Shown here one piece after another: positions 1 to 10,812 of a stretch of 64,000 nucleotides of DNA. The notes beneath the pieces are model-generated. The model saw nothing but the letters and a program-made list of their open reading frames with translations. It was not told where the DNA came from and ran no database searches. Made by a program: the position numbers and the translations under genes. Source of the stretch: Candidatus Harrisonbacteria bacterium (GTDB lineage Bacteria > Patescibacteriota > Minisyncoccia > UBA6257 > 02-FULL-45-10c); NCBI GenBank assembly GCA_016192685.1, contig JACPTS010000001.1, forward strand, positions 33,412 to 97,411, in the 5' to 3' direction. Each line of letters starts with the position of its first letter. Position 1 is the first letter of the stretch.

Positions 1-157
1 CCCTCGCCGTTCACGGTAAAACTCCGAAAAGTTGACGGCTCAACTGACCGCGAATAAATACGGACGTAAGAAAGAACCGACAATGCCAAAGCCGACATTA
101 AAACTAATCCCGCCCAACCCAAATAATTTTTAATTTTTGAATCCATTTTCCTTAACC

Positions 158-403
158 TTAAGCTGCGAATTTATTATAAACCGAAGCCAACAACCAACCG
201 CCCACAAAACCGCCAACCAGATGCATCGCCGTTATCCAAATAGCGCCGTTCCAAGTGTAAGAAAATCCCGGATGCAGGCCGCCGACGGCTTGCACGGTCT
301 GATCTAAAACTCCGGTAGTAAGCGAAAGAGCCATTAATAAAAGCCAAGCGCCGCTCGCAAGAAGGCCGAAAGTAAGTCCCAATGCCTTAGAATTTAATTG
401 CAT
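158..403 (-). CDS. hypothetical small membrane protein (81 aa)
   Basis: ORF with 2-3 hydrophobic helices; no recognisable motif. Confidence 0.35.
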   Translation of the reverse strand: MQLNSKALGLTFGLLASGAWLLLMALSLTTGVLDQTVQAVGGLHPGFSYTWNGAIWITAMHLVGGFVGGWLLASVYNKFAA

Positions 404-457
404 AAAAAATATCAGAATCTATAATTTAAAACGACCTTTTTCTTATTTTTTATTTAA

Positions 458-598
458 ATGTTTCCAAAGAAGGGCGATGACTAAAACCAGTATTGTCCAA
501 ACTAAAAGCGTAGTAATCAAACCCGCGCCCCCGCCAGCCAGCCCATATCCTCTCCAATAGCCGCCGTCCCAGCCCATCATATTGTACATATAACGCAT
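458..598 (-). CDS. possible ~46-aa Gly/Trp/Tyr-rich membrane micro-protein (MRYMYNMMGWDGGYWRGYGLAGGG followed by one TM helix)
   Basis: read by eye in a frame different from the 450..698 track ORF; compact, ends before the next gene. Confidence 0.25.
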
Positions 599-628
599 CA
601 TAAATTTTTATATTTATAATTTTCGACT

Positions 629-1012
629 TTAAGAAAACCATTCCTTCCAATTTCGCGGCCAGCCAATCAGCAATAGAAGCGCAAGCGGCGCGCCCCAATT
701 AGCCCAGCGCTCCACAAAATCCAGCCAGCCTACGCCGACTAAAGGCCTGATCAACGCAGTCCAAAATCCCCAAAAAGCCATCCAAAGCAGCGCCAACCGA
801 ACTGGCCTGGCTAAAACTAAAATTGCTAAAAGCACATCCATTACTCCAATCCAAAAAAGAAGCGTGGTCGCGGTATTCGGGTCAGAAATTCCAAAATTCG
901 CAAACCAGCCGACCCAATCCTTTTTTCCCTGAAGCGCCAGCATTCCATGCCCAATAAACTCTCCGGCCACCGCCACCCGTAAAACCCACCCTATTACTTT
1001 TTTATTTTCCAT
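629..1012 (-). CDS. DoxX-like polytopic membrane protein (127 aa)
   Basis: four hydrophobic helices and overall pattern reminiscent of DoxX family. Confidence 0.4.
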   Translation of the reverse strand: MENKKVIGWVLRVAVAGEFIGHGMLALQGKKDWVGWFANFGISDPNTATTLLFWIGVMDVLLAILVLARPVRLALLWMAFWGFWTALIRPLVGVGWLDFVERWANWGAPLALLLLIGWPRNWKEWFS

Positions 1013-1035
1013 ATATATTCATTATACTCTTTTTA

Positions 1036-1172
1036 TTCTCCGTCGCCAAAAACCACGGACTTTAGTCCGTGAATGAAGGCGCGGAGAACCCTCCGAAGCC
1101 TTGGCGAAGGAGGGTTGAGGCTTTGGAGAATTCCGCTAGAAACCCCGGCCTTTAAGGCCGGGGAGCTTCATT
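1036..1172 (-). repeat. structured intergenic repeat, family 2, copy A (reverse orientation of copy at 39854..39987)
   Basis: reverse complement aligns along its whole length with 39854..39987; nested stems (ccgaagc/gcttcgg, ccctcc/ggaggg) and hairpins with compensatory substitutions. Confidence 0.6.
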
Positions 1173-1566
1173 ACTGAAACCTAATCTGGAAATTATACAT
1201 CCCCATAGAACAAAGTCCCCGCATCGTGCCTCGCGCCTGTTCCGGGGTAATGGCAATTTCTTCAATTCCTGATGGCTGAAGAAATTTTTGGTATGAAAGT
1301 TTTGGAATAACTAAACTGGCTGAACAATCAAAAGTCCCATTTGTCTTTACCCGCAAGGTAGTTGGCAGACCGGCTTTCGCGGAAATTAAGCGCGGCGAAT
1401 AACCGCCTTTGGCGGATACATCAATAATTTGTTTGCCGCCCGCGGCAGAAACAGAAGCTGTATCTCCGGCATTAATGCCCTCGCCAGATTTACCGGAAAC
1501 AAACCAGAGCGCTCCTCCTATCAGGAGTCCGCTTATTATAATAGAAATGATAATTGGCTTATCCAT
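1171..1566 (-). CDS. membrane-anchored secreted protein, possibly cupredoxin-like/metal-binding (Cys/Met-rich C-terminus GLCSMGMY)
   Basis: likely start at internal MDKPIII (track ORF 1171..1647 over-extended into the neighbouring gene); N-terminal TM helix; position next to copA and HMA genes. Confidence 0.4.
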   Translation of the reverse strand: MDKPIIISIIISGLLIGGALWFVSGKSGEGINAGDTASVSAAGGKQIIDVSAKGGYSPRLISAKAGLPTTLRVKTNGTFDCSASLVIPKLSYQKFLQPSGIEEIAITPEQARGTMRGLCSMGMYNFQIRFQ

Positions 1567-1573
1567 CCCTTTT

Positions 1574-2590
1574 TTATAAATTAAATAACGGATTAATAAT
1601 TCCAGCCGCGGCAAGCGTGTTAGCAAGATTGAATAAAGCCAGCGCAATCACAATAATTCCGGCGGTTTTAAAAAATATTCCCTTCCACGATTTATGCGCA
1701 ATGTTAAGCGCGCCAAACGAAAGAAGCGCGAGCATTGGTAAGGTGCCAAGCGCGAAGACAGCCATCGTAAGAGCGCCTTTTATAAAACTTCCAGTGGCGA
1801 GCGTGTAAAGTTGTATGGATTGCGTAAATCCGCAGGGCAGAAAGAAGGTTCCTATTCCAACCAACACCGGCGCTAAGTAATGATCGTGCTTGCTCCCGCG
1901 AACAATATGCTTTGATAGCCGCGCAGGAAGCGTAAATTGTAACCTCTTGGCAAAATGAAATATATCAAGCAAATTAATGCCGAGAATCAACATCGCCAAA
2001 GCAACCATAATACCAAGTACAATATTTGCGTTAAGCCCAAGCTGAAAAGCACTTCCGATTGTTCCGATAGCGCCTCCGAGTACAAAAAATCCACCTAATC
2101 TGCCCGCGTGAAAAAGTGTCTGCGTTCGCCAGGTGCCTCCTTCTTTCGCGGAACTTGCGGAAAGGGATAGAACCAATCCTCCAACAACCGCAAGGCAAGT
2201 AGATACCGAAGCGATAAGCCCGATGATAAATGCTGTTCCGTAACTCACATCGGAAGTAGTAATGAAATTAACCAATCCGGCTTTTTGAAGCGCAAGAAAA
2301 CCCGCAATAAACAATAAAGCGATTGGAAAGGCGTAAGCGAAATCTTCCCACCGAGCGTCTTTTCTGAATTGCTCTAATGAAATAGTATAGCCGTAACTTT
2401 TTACCGACTTCGTTAAATCTTCTGCCAGGGCTTCGGGCAGGCCGGTAAAATCTCCGGTTATCGTTACCTGATTATTCGCAAGCGATGCTTTAACCTGACT
2501 GATATTGGGGAATTCTTTAAAAGTTTCTTCAATCAAAAGAGTGCAGGAGGCGCAGTGCATGCCGTTCACATGAAAAATATATGTTTTCAT
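1574..2590 (-). CDS. HMA-domain protein fused to DsbD_2/CcdA-like permease (heavy-metal transport)
   Basis: N-terminal GMHCASC metal-binding motif; membrane domain with TCLAVVGG and FFLPCGF Cys motifs typical of CcdA/DsbD-type transmembrane domains. Confidence 0.55.
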   Translation of the reverse strand: MKTYIFHVNGMHCASCTLLIEETFKEFPNISQVKASLANNQVTITGDFTGLPEALAEDLTKSVKSYGYTISLEQFRKDARWEDFAYAFPIALLFIAGFLALQKAGLVNFITTSDVSYGTAFIIGLIASVSTCLAVVGGLVLSLSASSAKEGGTWRTQTLFHAGRLGGFFVLGGAIGTIGSAFQLGLNANIVLGIMVALAMLILGINLLDIFHFAKRLQFTLPARLSKHIVRGSKHDHYLAPVLVGIGTFFLPCGFTQSIQLYTLATGSFIKGALTMAVFALGTLPMLALLSFGALNIAHKSWKGIFFKTAGIIVIALALFNLANTLAAAGIINPLFNL

Positions 2591-4905
2591 AACTTCTTTA
2601 ATCTTAAAGAATTTAATACTACGGAAAGCGAACTAAAAGCCATTGCCGCTCCGGCAAAAATAGGATTAAGCAAAATCCCCCATACCGGCCAAAAAACTCC
2701 GGCGGCTATCGGAATTAAAAGTATATTATAAAAGAAAGCCCAAAAGAGATTTTGTTTTATATTAGCCAAAGTTTTTCTGCTGATTACGACCGCATTGGCG
2801 ATTCCCAGCGGATCACCGGATACCAGCGTAATATCCGCGGATTCAATAGCAATATCCGTACCAGTGCCGATGGCAATTCCGACATCCGCCTGCGTTAACG
2901 CCGGCGCGTCATTAATCCCGTCACCAACCATTGCCACCATTTTCCCCGAAACTTGCAATTCCTTTATTTTCTCGGCTTTGTCTTGAGGCAAAACTCGCGC
3001 CATTACTTTGTCAATGCCGACAATCTGCGCAATCGCGCGCGCCGTCCGCTCATTATCGCCGGTAATAAGCCACACCTCTAAACCAAGCGAGCGCAATCGC
3101 TGAACAGCTTCTTTAGCGGTTGGTTTAATAGTATCCGCCACGGCAATAATTCCGAGAAGCGTTTGGGCATCGGCAAGAAGTAAAAGAGTTTTTCCGTCAC
3201 TTTCCAATCTTTCAATCAATTCCTGCCTGGCGGAAATATCAATTTTTTTTGATTGCATCAAAGCCGCGTTTCCGAAATAAAGTTTTTTATTGCCCTTCTC
3301 CGCCGCGACATCTCCTTCAATGCCCTGTCCGGGAATAGCTTTAAAATTCGTCACCGCGTAAAGCCGCGCTTTTTCCACGGCGGCTTTCACTGCCCTATCC
3401 AAAGGATGAGACGAAAAAGAACCCAAACTGGCCGCGTAAGCCACAATTGATTGCGCGATCGGATGTTCTGATAATTTTTCCAGAGACGCGGCGTATCGCA
3501 CGACTTTATTTTCACCATTCTCTAAAAATGCGATGACATCAGTTACCGACGGTTCACCCTTGGTAATAGTGCCAGTTTTATCCAAAACAACGGCATTTAC
3601 TTTACCGGCTAATTCCAGCGCTTCCGCGTCGCGGATAATTACTCCGTGTTCCGCCGCCTTGCCAGTGCCAACCATAATGGAAGTCGGAGTAGCCAATCCC
3701 ATAGCGCAAGGGCAAGCCACCACTAAAACCGCGATAGAATTTACTAAAGCAAACGAAAAAGCTGAATCGGTTCCTAATACCATCCAGGCCGCAAAAGTTG
3801 CAACGGAAATGAATAATACAATCGGCACAAAATAAGAAACTACTAAATCCGCCATTTTTTGAATCGGCGCGCGGCTGGCTTGAGCCGCTTCCACCATGGC
3901 GACTATTTGCGACAAAAAAGAATCTTGGCCGACCTTAGTCGCTTTCATTTTAAAGCTGGAAGTTTTATTGATAGTCGCTCCGATTACCGCGCCGCCTTCT
4001 TTTTTATCAACCGGAAGCGATTCGCCGGTAACCATTGATTCATCTAAAGTCGCCACGCCCTCAATAATAATTCCGTCCACCGGAATTTTTTCTCCCGGCT
4101 TCACAAGAAGAACATCGCCAGACACAACTTTTTCAATCGGAACTTCCATTTCGTGCCTGCCTTCATGCAAAAGATGGGCGGTTTTTGCCTGAAGTTTGAG
4201 CAATTTCTTGATTGCTTCTGATGCCGATCCCTTAGCTTTAGCTTCCAAATATTTCCCTAAAATCACTAAAGTAGTAACTACTGCCGCAACATCAAAATAC
4301 ACATCCAATTTTATCTGCGACTTAATTTGGGCAATCTCCAGAAAAGTCACCGCTAATCCGGAAAAATAAGCTACTCCGGTTCCTAAAACCACCAAAGTAT
4401 CCATACTGACATTGAAACGCTTTAATGAAGCCCAAGAACTTACCCAAAACTGCCTGCCAACTATAAATTCAACCGGAGTCGCCAAAACCATCAATAAGAA
4501 AAATCTGGCGCTTTTAGGCAAAAAATCCGATATAAACGGAAAATAATCCGGCAGACTTAAAATTATAATCGCCGCGGATAAAACCGCTCCGGCAAAAAAT
4601 TTCTTCCAAAGCTTTTTAATTTCTTCCTCTTTTAACATTTTGGCATGATCATGCTCGCCCATATCGCCAGACATCCGCATATTTACCATTTGCTCTTCCA
4701 CTAATTCATAACCGGTTTTTTCCTTAACAAAACTTTGAATTTTTTGGCTATCAATATCAGTCTTACTTTCAACCACCGCTTTTTCAGTCGCATAATTCAC
4801 ATTAGCGGATTCTAATTCCGGCATTCCTTTTAATGCCCTCTCAATCGTTAGGGCGCAAGACGCGCAATCCATTCCTCTTACTATGAATGTCTTTTTTTGT
4901 TTCAT
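2587..4905 (-). CDS. copA: copper-translocating P1B-type ATPase
   Basis: N-terminal MDCASC HMA domain; CPC transmembrane motif ([11 protein letters not shown]); DKTGT phosphorylation site; GDGINDAP hinge; 772 aa. Confidence 0.9.
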   Translation of the reverse strand: MKQKKTFIVRGMDCASCALTIERALKGMPELESANVNYATEKAVVESKTDIDSQKIQSFVKEKTGYELVEEQMVNMRMSGDMGEHDHAKMLKEEEIKKLWKKFFAGAVLSAAIIILSLPDYFPFISDFLPKSARFFLLMVLATPVEFIVGRQFWVSSWASLKRFNVSMDTLVVLGTGVAYFSGLAVTFLEIAQIKSQIKLDVYFDVAAVVTTLVILGKYLEAKAKGSASEAIKKLLKLQAKTAHLLHEGRHEMEVPIEKVVSGDVLLVKPGEKIPVDGIIIEGVATLDESMVTGESLPVDKKEGGAVIGATINKTSSFKMKATKVGQDSFLSQIVAMVEAAQASRAPIQKMADLVVSYFVPIVLFISVATFAAWMVLGTDSAFSFALVNSIAVLVVACPCAMGLATPTSIMVGTGKAAEHGVIIRDAEALELAGKVNAVVLDKTGTITKGEPSVTDVIAFLENGENKVVRYAASLEKLSEHPIAQSIVAYAASLGSFSSHPLDRAVKAAVEKARLYAVTNFKAIPGQGIEGDVAAEKGNKKLYFGNAALMQSKKIDISARQELIERLESDGKTLLLLADAQTLLGIIAVADTIKPTAKEAVQRLRSLGLEVWLITGDNERTARAIAQIVGIDKVMARVLPQDKAEKIKELQVSGKMVAMVGDGINDAPALTQADVGIAIGTGTDIAIESADITLVSGDPLGIANAVVISRKTLANIKQNLFWAFFYNILLIPIAAGVFWPVWGILLNPIFAGAAMAFSSLSVVLNSLRLKKL

Positions 4906-4921
4906 ATTATTTTTCTTTTTA

Positions 4922-5350
4922 TTATACTCCTTTTTTAAAACTTAAAATTAAAAATAACAAAAAAATCGCCGTAGCAGTAAGGGCAGAAACCATGCAATAT
5001 AAGCAAATCGCTTTAATCACAAAAACCTGCAGATAAACAAACCAAAGCGAAGCCAAAAATCCAACAATCGAAATTCGCATTAAGCCACTAAAATGTTTTT
5101 TATTTCCATTCCATAAATACCAAATCACTAAAAACAAAATCAGAAAATAATAAAACACTCCCAAAAGCGCTACCGGGATTCCCCCCAAAGTTGAATAAAT
5201 ACTGGCCGTAACCTTATCGCAGCCTTCTATTATTGAACAAATTACCGGCGCTCCCTGATAATGCTTAATTGCGAGATAAGATGCGTCTAAAAGACCGACT
5301 AAGCTAAGTGCCAGAATAATCCAAGCTAAATTTTTATTATTCTTAAACAT
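4922..5350 (-). CDS. VKOR (vitamin K epoxide reductase) family membrane protein
   Basis: 142 aa, 4 TM helices, loop Cys pair (CSIIEGC) and C-terminal CLYC redox motif. Confidence 0.5.
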   Translation of the reverse strand: MFKNNKNLAWIILALSLVGLLDASYLAIKHYQGAPVICSIIEGCDKVTASIYSTLGGIPVALLGVFYYFLILFLVIWYLWNGNKKHFSGLMRISIVGFLASLWFVYLQVFVIKAICLYCMVSALTATAIFLLFLILSFKKGV

Positions 5351-5428
5351 AATTACTAATAATTCAGAAAACTAAAAAGCCCCCTAAGGAGCAAAATGGC
5401 GAATCTAAAATCAGCTAATAATAGCCGT

Positions 5429-5896
5429 TTAGAAACGCCCCATAAATAAAGCCGGGCTATTTTCCAAAAGCGAAAGCCAGGTTTGTATCGGAATAAGAAG
5501 TAAGCCGTTAGAAAACTGATTTGCTAAAAGATTTAACGGATAAAAATAGCGGTTTTCTTTCCGATTATGCGGAATAATGGAGGGGGTAAGAAAAGCGAGT
5601 AAGACGAGGCTAATAATTATTAGTAAATTTTGCGAGGCCGTAAAATTGGAAAGTACTTTTGCGGCATTAAGATGAAAATTCGCTTCGCTAAAAGGATTAC
5701 TGCCGGCCGGGCATTTTGCTCCCATCATCAAAGCAGCAATGCAACCGGAAAAATGACCTGTTCCCATATCCATTGCCAGCGCCCCCAAAACCGAAAGGCT
5801 CGCAAAACTTATAACCGCCATTAATAAAATCCATCTCATAACGCTTTTATTATAGCTCATAATATACTTAAAATAAAAGAGGCGTTGACGCCTCAA
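5429..5896 (-). CDS. hypothetical membrane protein
   Basis: hydrophobic N- and C-terminal helices; real start probably at internal Met (MSYNK or MRWIL). Confidence 0.35.
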   Translation of the reverse strand: MRRQRLFYFKYIMSYNKSVMRWILLMAVISFASLSVLGALAMDMGTGHFSGCIAALMMGAKCPAGSNPFSEANFHLNAAKVLSNFTASQNLLIIISLVLLAFLTPSIIPHNRKENRYFYPLNLLANQFSNGLLLIPIQTWLSLLENSPALFMGRF

Positions 5897-5900
5897 ACTT

Positions 5901-6317
5901 TTAATTGCTTTTCGGCAATTTAGGCAAAAGGAAACTGACGATGCTTCTGCCGGTCTTAAGATTTTTTTTCATTTCTTCCTGGTCAGGATTTAAGATTAAA
6001 GCCGGCATTTCTAAATTGGTCGTAATGGGTTCTCTTTCGTTATTTAAGGGGATAACCTGAAATTTAAGGCCTTTCGGATTTAATTTTATAAGTTCCACCC
6101 GCATTAAAATAACATCAATACCCTCTTTATCCGCCATTCGCAACTTAGCAATGCTCATGGCATCAATAACGGAACAAATTAACTGGTAAAAAATATCGGC
6201 TAAAGCTTTCGGCTCCTCTACTCCAAGGCATTCAGCCACGTCTTTTGCGAACATTTCCACAAAATCATGCTGAAATTTCCCCGGGTCTTCGCGGTATCCG
6301 GCTTCAACAAATTTCAT
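5901..6317 (-). CDS. hypothetical protein (138 aa)
   Basis: clean ORF, no motif recognised. Confidence 0.35.
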   Translation of the reverse strand: MKFVEAGYREDPGKFQHDFVEMFAKDVAECLGVEEPKALADIFYQLICSVIDAMSIAKLRMADKEGIDVILMRVELIKLNPKGLKFQVIPLNNEREPITTNLEMPALILNPDQEEMKKNLKTGRSIVSFLLPKLPKSN

Positions 6318-6343
6318 TCCCTAATTTTGTTAAGGGACGCTAA

Positions 6344-7066
6344 TTAAAGAGTAACAAAATTATTGCTAAATTTCCAGTTTATTTTATACCAATTCAAGTG
6401 TTCATAGACGCTCGCCCAATATAAACCAAAAAAGAAGGCGAATAGCAGCTCTTCCAGCGGTATTCCAAAAATTAGTTTCCCCGAAATATTAGAAAAATTC
6501 CAAACCGCTTCAACATATCCCGGATACAATAGAATTAAAATCTGAAAATAAATAAAATAGATGCCGAGAAAAATCAAGCCGCTGGCCGCCATCTTTCCTT
6601 TTAAATCCGGCCGGCAATACCAAGCCGCGAAAAAACCGAATATCAATGAAAAAATTGCGCTATAAATCGGATTCATTACATTAGCAAAAATCAAAAATAC
6701 AAAAAGAAATGGCGGTAAAACTACTGCCAGCCAATGAAACCGGTGTTGTTTTCCATTCATTTCTTCAACGCTCATTTTTTCATGCCGCAATGGGAAAATC
6801 AATTCGTAAATTGCGGTCGCAATTCCGCCGATGGCAAAAGAAAAAATAAAGCTCTCCAAATCAAATCCGGTTCTTTGCGCCAAATCAAACAAGGTCGGCG
6901 GATTCCAATATTCCGGAACAAAAAGCGGTTCGGTTAAACCAAGCAAAGAAGTCCAAAAACTCATTTTCAGCATTTCTGACCGGCTCTCTTTTTCTTTGGT
7001 CAAAAAATAAACGATTACCCAGACCGCTAAAAGAATTAAACTCCAAAAAAACCAAGCATAATGCAT
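6344..7066 (-). CDS. hypothetical polytopic membrane protein (240 aa)
   Basis: at least 6 hydrophobic helices. Confidence 0.4.
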   Translation of the reverse strand: MHYAWFFWSLILLAVWVIVYFLTKEKESRSEMLKMSFWTSLLGLTEPLFVPEYWNPPTLFDLAQRTGFDLESFIFSFAIGGIATAIYELIFPLRHEKMSVEEMNGKQHRFHWLAVVLPPFLFVFLIFANVMNPIYSAIFSLIFGFFAAWYCRPDLKGKMAASGLIFLGIYFIYFQILILLYPGYVEAVWNFSNISGKLIFGIPLEELLFAFFFGLYWASVYEHLNWYKINWKFSNNFVTL

Positions 7067-7081
7067 ATTTAATTTCTCAAA

Positions 7082-7858
7082 TCACTTTATTGCCTCTAAA
7101 AACAAAAACAAAGGAATTTCTTTGCGGACGCGATCCTCCGCTTTGGCGCGCGGTCCAGATTCGCTTTTTTTATGGGAACTCCATTCTTCCAGGCGGCTCA
7201 CACAAAACCCGGATTTTTCCAGCGCCTTGAAATAAAACTGAAGCGGCCGATGAAAAGAAATCGTGTATTCGCTCCGCCGACCGCGAATTTGAGCCGAAGG
7301 ATGCATTTCAATTTTTGACCGCGATTCGGAAAGATAGCTGTCAATCCTCCGATACTGGATTTTATTTTTGGCATCCCATTCCCAACCGGAATATTTGGGG
7401 ACCCGAAAAGCCGGGTGGTTTAACACTAAAAATAATTTTCCTTCCGGCTTTAAAACCCGGGCGCATTCCTCAAAAACCCCATTAGCATTCTCTATATTTT
7501 GAATTGTCAGAATTAACACCGCCTTATCCAAGCTTTGGTTTTTTAACATTTTTAAATCATCCGCCGAAGCGGCAAAATAAAGAACCTGGCCCGGCGGATA
7601 GCCGCGGGTATGGCTTTTGGCAGCTTCAACCAGCTCTTTAGAAATATCCACGCCGATTACCTTAGCTCCTTTTTTCAAAAATTCGGCGGCAAAAAATCCC
7701 GGCCCGCAGCCCAAATCCAAAATCACCTCGCCTTTTTTAATGTTTAACAGCCGGAGCAAATTCGGTAAAATCACTTCTTTTTGATAAGTCCTTTCTCCGC
7801 TTAATAAATTTTGGTACCATCCGGCCACTCCTCCCCAGGAGGTTTTTAACTTTTTCAT
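7082..7858 (-). CDS. class I SAM-dependent methyltransferase
   Basis: motif I VILDLGCGPGFFA; motif II-like LKPEGKLFL. Confidence 0.8.
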   Translation of the reverse strand: MKKLKTSWGGVAGWYQNLLSGERTYQKEVILPNLLRLLNIKKGEVILDLGCGPGFFAAEFLKKGAKVIGVDISKELVEAAKSHTRGYPPGQVLYFAASADDLKMLKNQSLDKAVLILTIQNIENANGVFEECARVLKPEGKLFLVLNHPAFRVPKYSGWEWDAKNKIQYRRIDSYLSESRSKIEMHPSAQIRGRRSEYTISFHRPLQFYFKALEKSGFCVSRLEEWSSHKKSESGPRAKAEDRVRKEIPLFLFLEAIK

Positions 7859-7908
7859 AATTTATGCATCCTTTTCATCTCTAACAGTCTTTGCTATTAT
7901 AATATCAT

Positions 7909-7980
7909 TCCGGGATAGCTCAGCGGTAGAGCGGCGCGCTGTTAACGCGACGGTCGCAGGTTCGATCCCTGCTCCCGGAG
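7909..7980 (+). tRNA. tRNA-Asn (anticodon GUU)
   Basis: cloverleaf folded by hand: acceptor TCCGGGA/TCCCGGA, D-stem GCTC/GAGC, anticodon loop CTGTTAA, T-stem GCAGG/CCTGC with TTCGATC loop, discriminator G; CCA not encoded. Confidence 0.8.
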
Positions 7981-9603
7981 CAAAGGGCGTGATTTGGGGT
8001 AGAAATCCCCGAATCGTGCCTTCACTGGGGGCTTTTCCGAGGTTCGAATATTATTTCGAGGTTCGGAGAGCTCCAACGCATGGTTGAAAGGTTCCATGAG
8101 CAATGCACCGCTAAATATGGCGGTGTTTTGCTTTGGTTCGAATTTTTTCCATGCGGGGGTAAACTTTGCGAGTATTTCAAAGGCTTTGCTGTAACCGACG
8201 GTCAGTTCACCGTCTTTTATGGTGAGCGTTGAAAACATCAGGTTCATTAAGAGTCGTTTCTCGTCTATCGTCCGTTTCGGGTTTGAGTAAATCTCTTTGG
8301 CGCGATGCGCGAGATCAATAATACTTGCCCCTAGCTCATAGTATTTGTTACCCGCATTGTCTAGCTTCTTGAGTTCCGAAAGCACTTCCTCTTTTTCTTT
8401 GGTGTATTGATCATATTTCGTTTGATAAAATTCTGGCGTGATTTTGCCGTCAATCTTATCGTCATAAATTGCTTCAAGCCGTTTCTGCACGATCTGATAG
8501 CGGCTATTGAGGTTACTCCTAACGCCTGAACTGTAGGAAATCTCGTCAGCGTGGCTATCATTCAAGGCTTTCTTGATCCACTCAATGAGCCGTTCGTTTT
8601 TAAGGTTTATCTTCTCGAAGTACGGCATCAGGTTTTCCTCTACCTTTTCTTGGCGTATAAATTTGCGCTGGGTGCAATTGCGGTACTTATTGCAATGGCC
8701 GTACCAATGTCCTTTTTGAATTTCCCATGTAACCGATCCGCCACACTCCGAACACTTGATAAGTGCTTTGAAAAGCGGCGTGTGTTTGCGATAACGCGGT
8801 GCGCCATTTCTTTTAATTTTTACCTGTACCGCATTGAATAAGTCCTCGTTGATAAGCGGTTCATGTGCGCCTGCGTGAATTGCGCCGTTGTAGCGAATCT
8901 TGCCGATATAAAAAGGGTCTGTTAGGAGTTCGGCAACGCGGGATTTATAGACCTTGCCGCCACTCGAGCTTTTCAAACCCGCGTCATACAAAACATTCAC
9001 GATGGTCTTGGTTGAGTAATTGCCAGTTGCGTACATCTCAAACATTTTCTTTACGATATGCGCTTTCTCCTCATCGATGACATGAGTCTTGCGCCCTTTT
9101 TCTCCAATGCTCTTGTAGCCAAGCGGCGGTTTTGTCGGCAGCCATCCTTGCCGTAGTTTCTCGCCGAGCCCCTTTTTCACTTCCTCCGAAAGATTATCAA
9201 TATAGTTTTTTGCAAAAAGAATACGAATGCCCCAGTTTAGCTTTTCTTGCGATTTTGAGTTTTTGTGGAGTATCAACGAATCCTTCACGAGGTGTACTTG
9301 TCGTTCCTCATCTTCTTCGAGCCATTCATCAATCGAGACGGCGTCTTTGAAGTTACGGGTGAGACGATCCACTTTCTCGCAGATGATGACTTTGATTCCT
9401 TGCTTAGTTACATACTCCATCATCTGCCCGAAAACCTCTCGTTGTTTCTTGCCGCTTGCAGATTCAGAGATTGAAAAAACCTTGCCGATCTGGAATGTTT
9501 TCCTTTCGGCATATTCTTTGAGGAACTTCTCTTGAGCAGGCAGAGAATAGCCTGTTTCCTCTTGGTCTTTTGATGATACTCTTGCGTAAATTACGGCTTT
9601 CAT
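7942..9603 (-). CDS. large serine recombinase (integrase)
   Basis: N-terminal resolvase domain with catalytic Ser (IYARVSS), recombinase domain, zinc ribbon (CSECGG...CNKYRNC), coiled-coil; 3' end overlaps the tRNA-Asn 3' half. Confidence 0.85.
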   Translation of the reverse strand: MKAVIYARVSSKDQEETGYSLPAQEKFLKEYAERKTFQIGKVFSISESASGKKQREVFGQMMEYVTKQGIKVIICEKVDRLTRNFKDAVSIDEWLEEDEERQVHLVKDSLILHKNSKSQEKLNWGIRILFAKNYIDNLSEEVKKGLGEKLRQGWLPTKPPLGYKSIGEKGRKTHVIDEEKAHIVKKMFEMYATGNYSTKTIVNVLYDAGLKSSSGGKVYKSRVAELLTDPFYIGKIRYNGAIHAGAHEPLINEDLFNAVQVKIKRNGAPRYRKHTPLFKALIKCSECGGSVTWEIQKGHWYGHCNKYRNCTQRKFIRQEKVEENLMPYFEKINLKNERLIEWIKKALNDSHADEISYSSGVRSNLNSRYQIVQKRLEAIYDDKIDGKITPEFYQTKYDQYTKEKEEVLSELKKLDNAGNKYYELGASIIDLAHRAKEIYSNPKRTIDEKRLLMNLMFSTLTIKDGELTVGYSKAFEILAKFTPAWKKFEPKQNTAIFSGALLMEPFNHALELSEPRNNIRTSEKPPVKARFGDFYPKSRPLLREQGSNLRPSR

Positions 9604-9635
9604 TGTGGTTAGTCTGATTATAAATGGTTAACGTT

Positions 9636-9971
9636 TTATATCCAGAAATTTGGGGGAAGCCCCGCCTTGTCTGGGTATTCAAGGATTAGTTGCTTAACTT
9701 TGCGCTTTAATCCCTCAATGTCGTCCAAGACTTCGACGAGACGCCGAAACCAAGCATCGAATTCTGGTTTCTTGTCGATTTTGGCCTTGCTATCAGCGGC
9801 TATCAGATCGCAGGTGCGCCAGAGGAGTTTTGTGGTGTACGCCCTGCTTAAATGATGATCTTTTCTATCGAGTTCTTGCCACAATGCTCGTGCACTAATA
9901 TCAGGACGCTCTTTGAGTATTGTCCTTATTAGTTCTATGTGCAGGTTTTGTTTTTCTTTTGAGTATTTCAT
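9636..9971 (-). CDS. hypothetical protein (111 aa), possible small DNA-binding/directionality factor
   Basis: sits directly upstream of the integrase; basic, helical; no motif recognised. Confidence 0.3.
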   Translation of the reverse strand: MKYSKEKQNLHIELIRTILKERPDISARALWQELDRKDHHLSRAYTTKLLWRTCDLIAADSKAKIDKKPEFDAWFRRLVEVLDDIEGLKRKVKQLILEYPDKAGLPPNFWI

Positions 9972-10192
9972 GGATCGTTATTATTGATTTCACCCTGCTC
10001 CATTCCGCTCTAAGGGAGTTTATATGGTTCGTGATGGATTATTATTTTTGAATCGTTGTGCTGTTTTGCACGGTTTAGGACGGGGGGTGTTGTCGACGAT
10101 GGTTCGTTATGGGTTTTTTTTACAGTTCTTTAATTGTCTTTAAATTTCTTTAGGTTTCTTTACTGCGCGGAGTGTTCAGTCAGTTGAACACC

Positions 10193-10645
10193 TTACTTCG
10201 GAAACCGCTTATCGTAAGCCAATTTTCGCATCTGCCTTTCTAACTCTGTCGGGTCTCGCTGTTTAATTATCTGAACATCTTGTTCAGTCGGCTGAACGCC
10301 CTGTTCAATACGCTGAAGTAGTTGTTCAGCTATGTGAACACGCTCTTGATATATCCACAGATTCTTAACCCTGATTCGCTTCTCTGGCGTCCTCTCAAGA
10401 AGTCCTTTCCGAATCAGGCCACTCGTTCCCATGCTTATTTTCCCGATCGACCAACTTGCTAAATAAAGCCTTTGGATTTCTCGCAGCGATTCTTTTACTG
10501 TGGCAAAACCACTATGTCGTTTATCCCAGTCGGCGAGGCGACGATAAAGCAGCCAAAGTCGAAACTCGGTATCGTTGAGTTGCTTCTCAAGCTCGATTTC
10601 AATTCTGAACAGTTTTATGCAGCCTTTCTTTTTCATGATCGTCAT
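10193..10645 (-). CDS. hypothetical protein (150 aa), possible winged-helix DNA-binding protein
   Basis: contains iteron-like TGTTCAG DNA repeats; followed by a perfect 20-bp palindrome at 10171..10190. Confidence 0.3.
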   Translation of the reverse strand: MTIMKKKGCIKLFRIEIELEKQLNDTEFRLWLLYRRLADWDKRHSGFATVKESLREIQRLYLASWSIGKISMGTSGLIRKGLLERTPEKRIRVKNLWIYQERVHIAEQLLQRIEQGVQPTEQDVQIIKQRDPTELERQMRKLAYDKRFPK

Positions 10646-10812
10646 TGTAATTTTTGTCCTTGAAGTCGAGCCTCATCAGATGGTCAAAGAGTCCTACGAG
10701 TCGTTGGCCAACCTCAAACACTTCCTCGGGCGGCAAATTTTGCCCGAATTCGGCCCGAAGGATTGCAGATAGGTCATTTAGGTGCTCTTTGCTCAACATG
10801 GTGTGACACGGG

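Noticed and set aside
450-698. 82-aa ORF overlapping 629..1012
   Set aside because: Overlaps the neighbouring gene by 70 nt; a shorter ORF in another frame (458..598) gives a compact Gly/Trp-rich membrane micro-protein that fits the gap better.
1554-1808. 84-aa plus-strand ORF
   Set aside because: Antisense across the junction of two well-supported minus-strand genes.
2795-4192. Plus-strand ORFs 2795.., 3253.., 3533.., 3896.. inside copA
   Set aside because: Antisense to a well-supported 772-aa P-type ATPase; low-complexity Ala/Ser/Thr/Pro-rich translations typical of antisense reads of GC-richer coding DNA.
8361-9535. Multiple short ORFs on both strands within the integrase gene (8361.., 8551.., 8865.., 9132.., 9227.., 9265..)
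   Set aside because: Embedded in the serine recombinase ORF, which has full domain complement.
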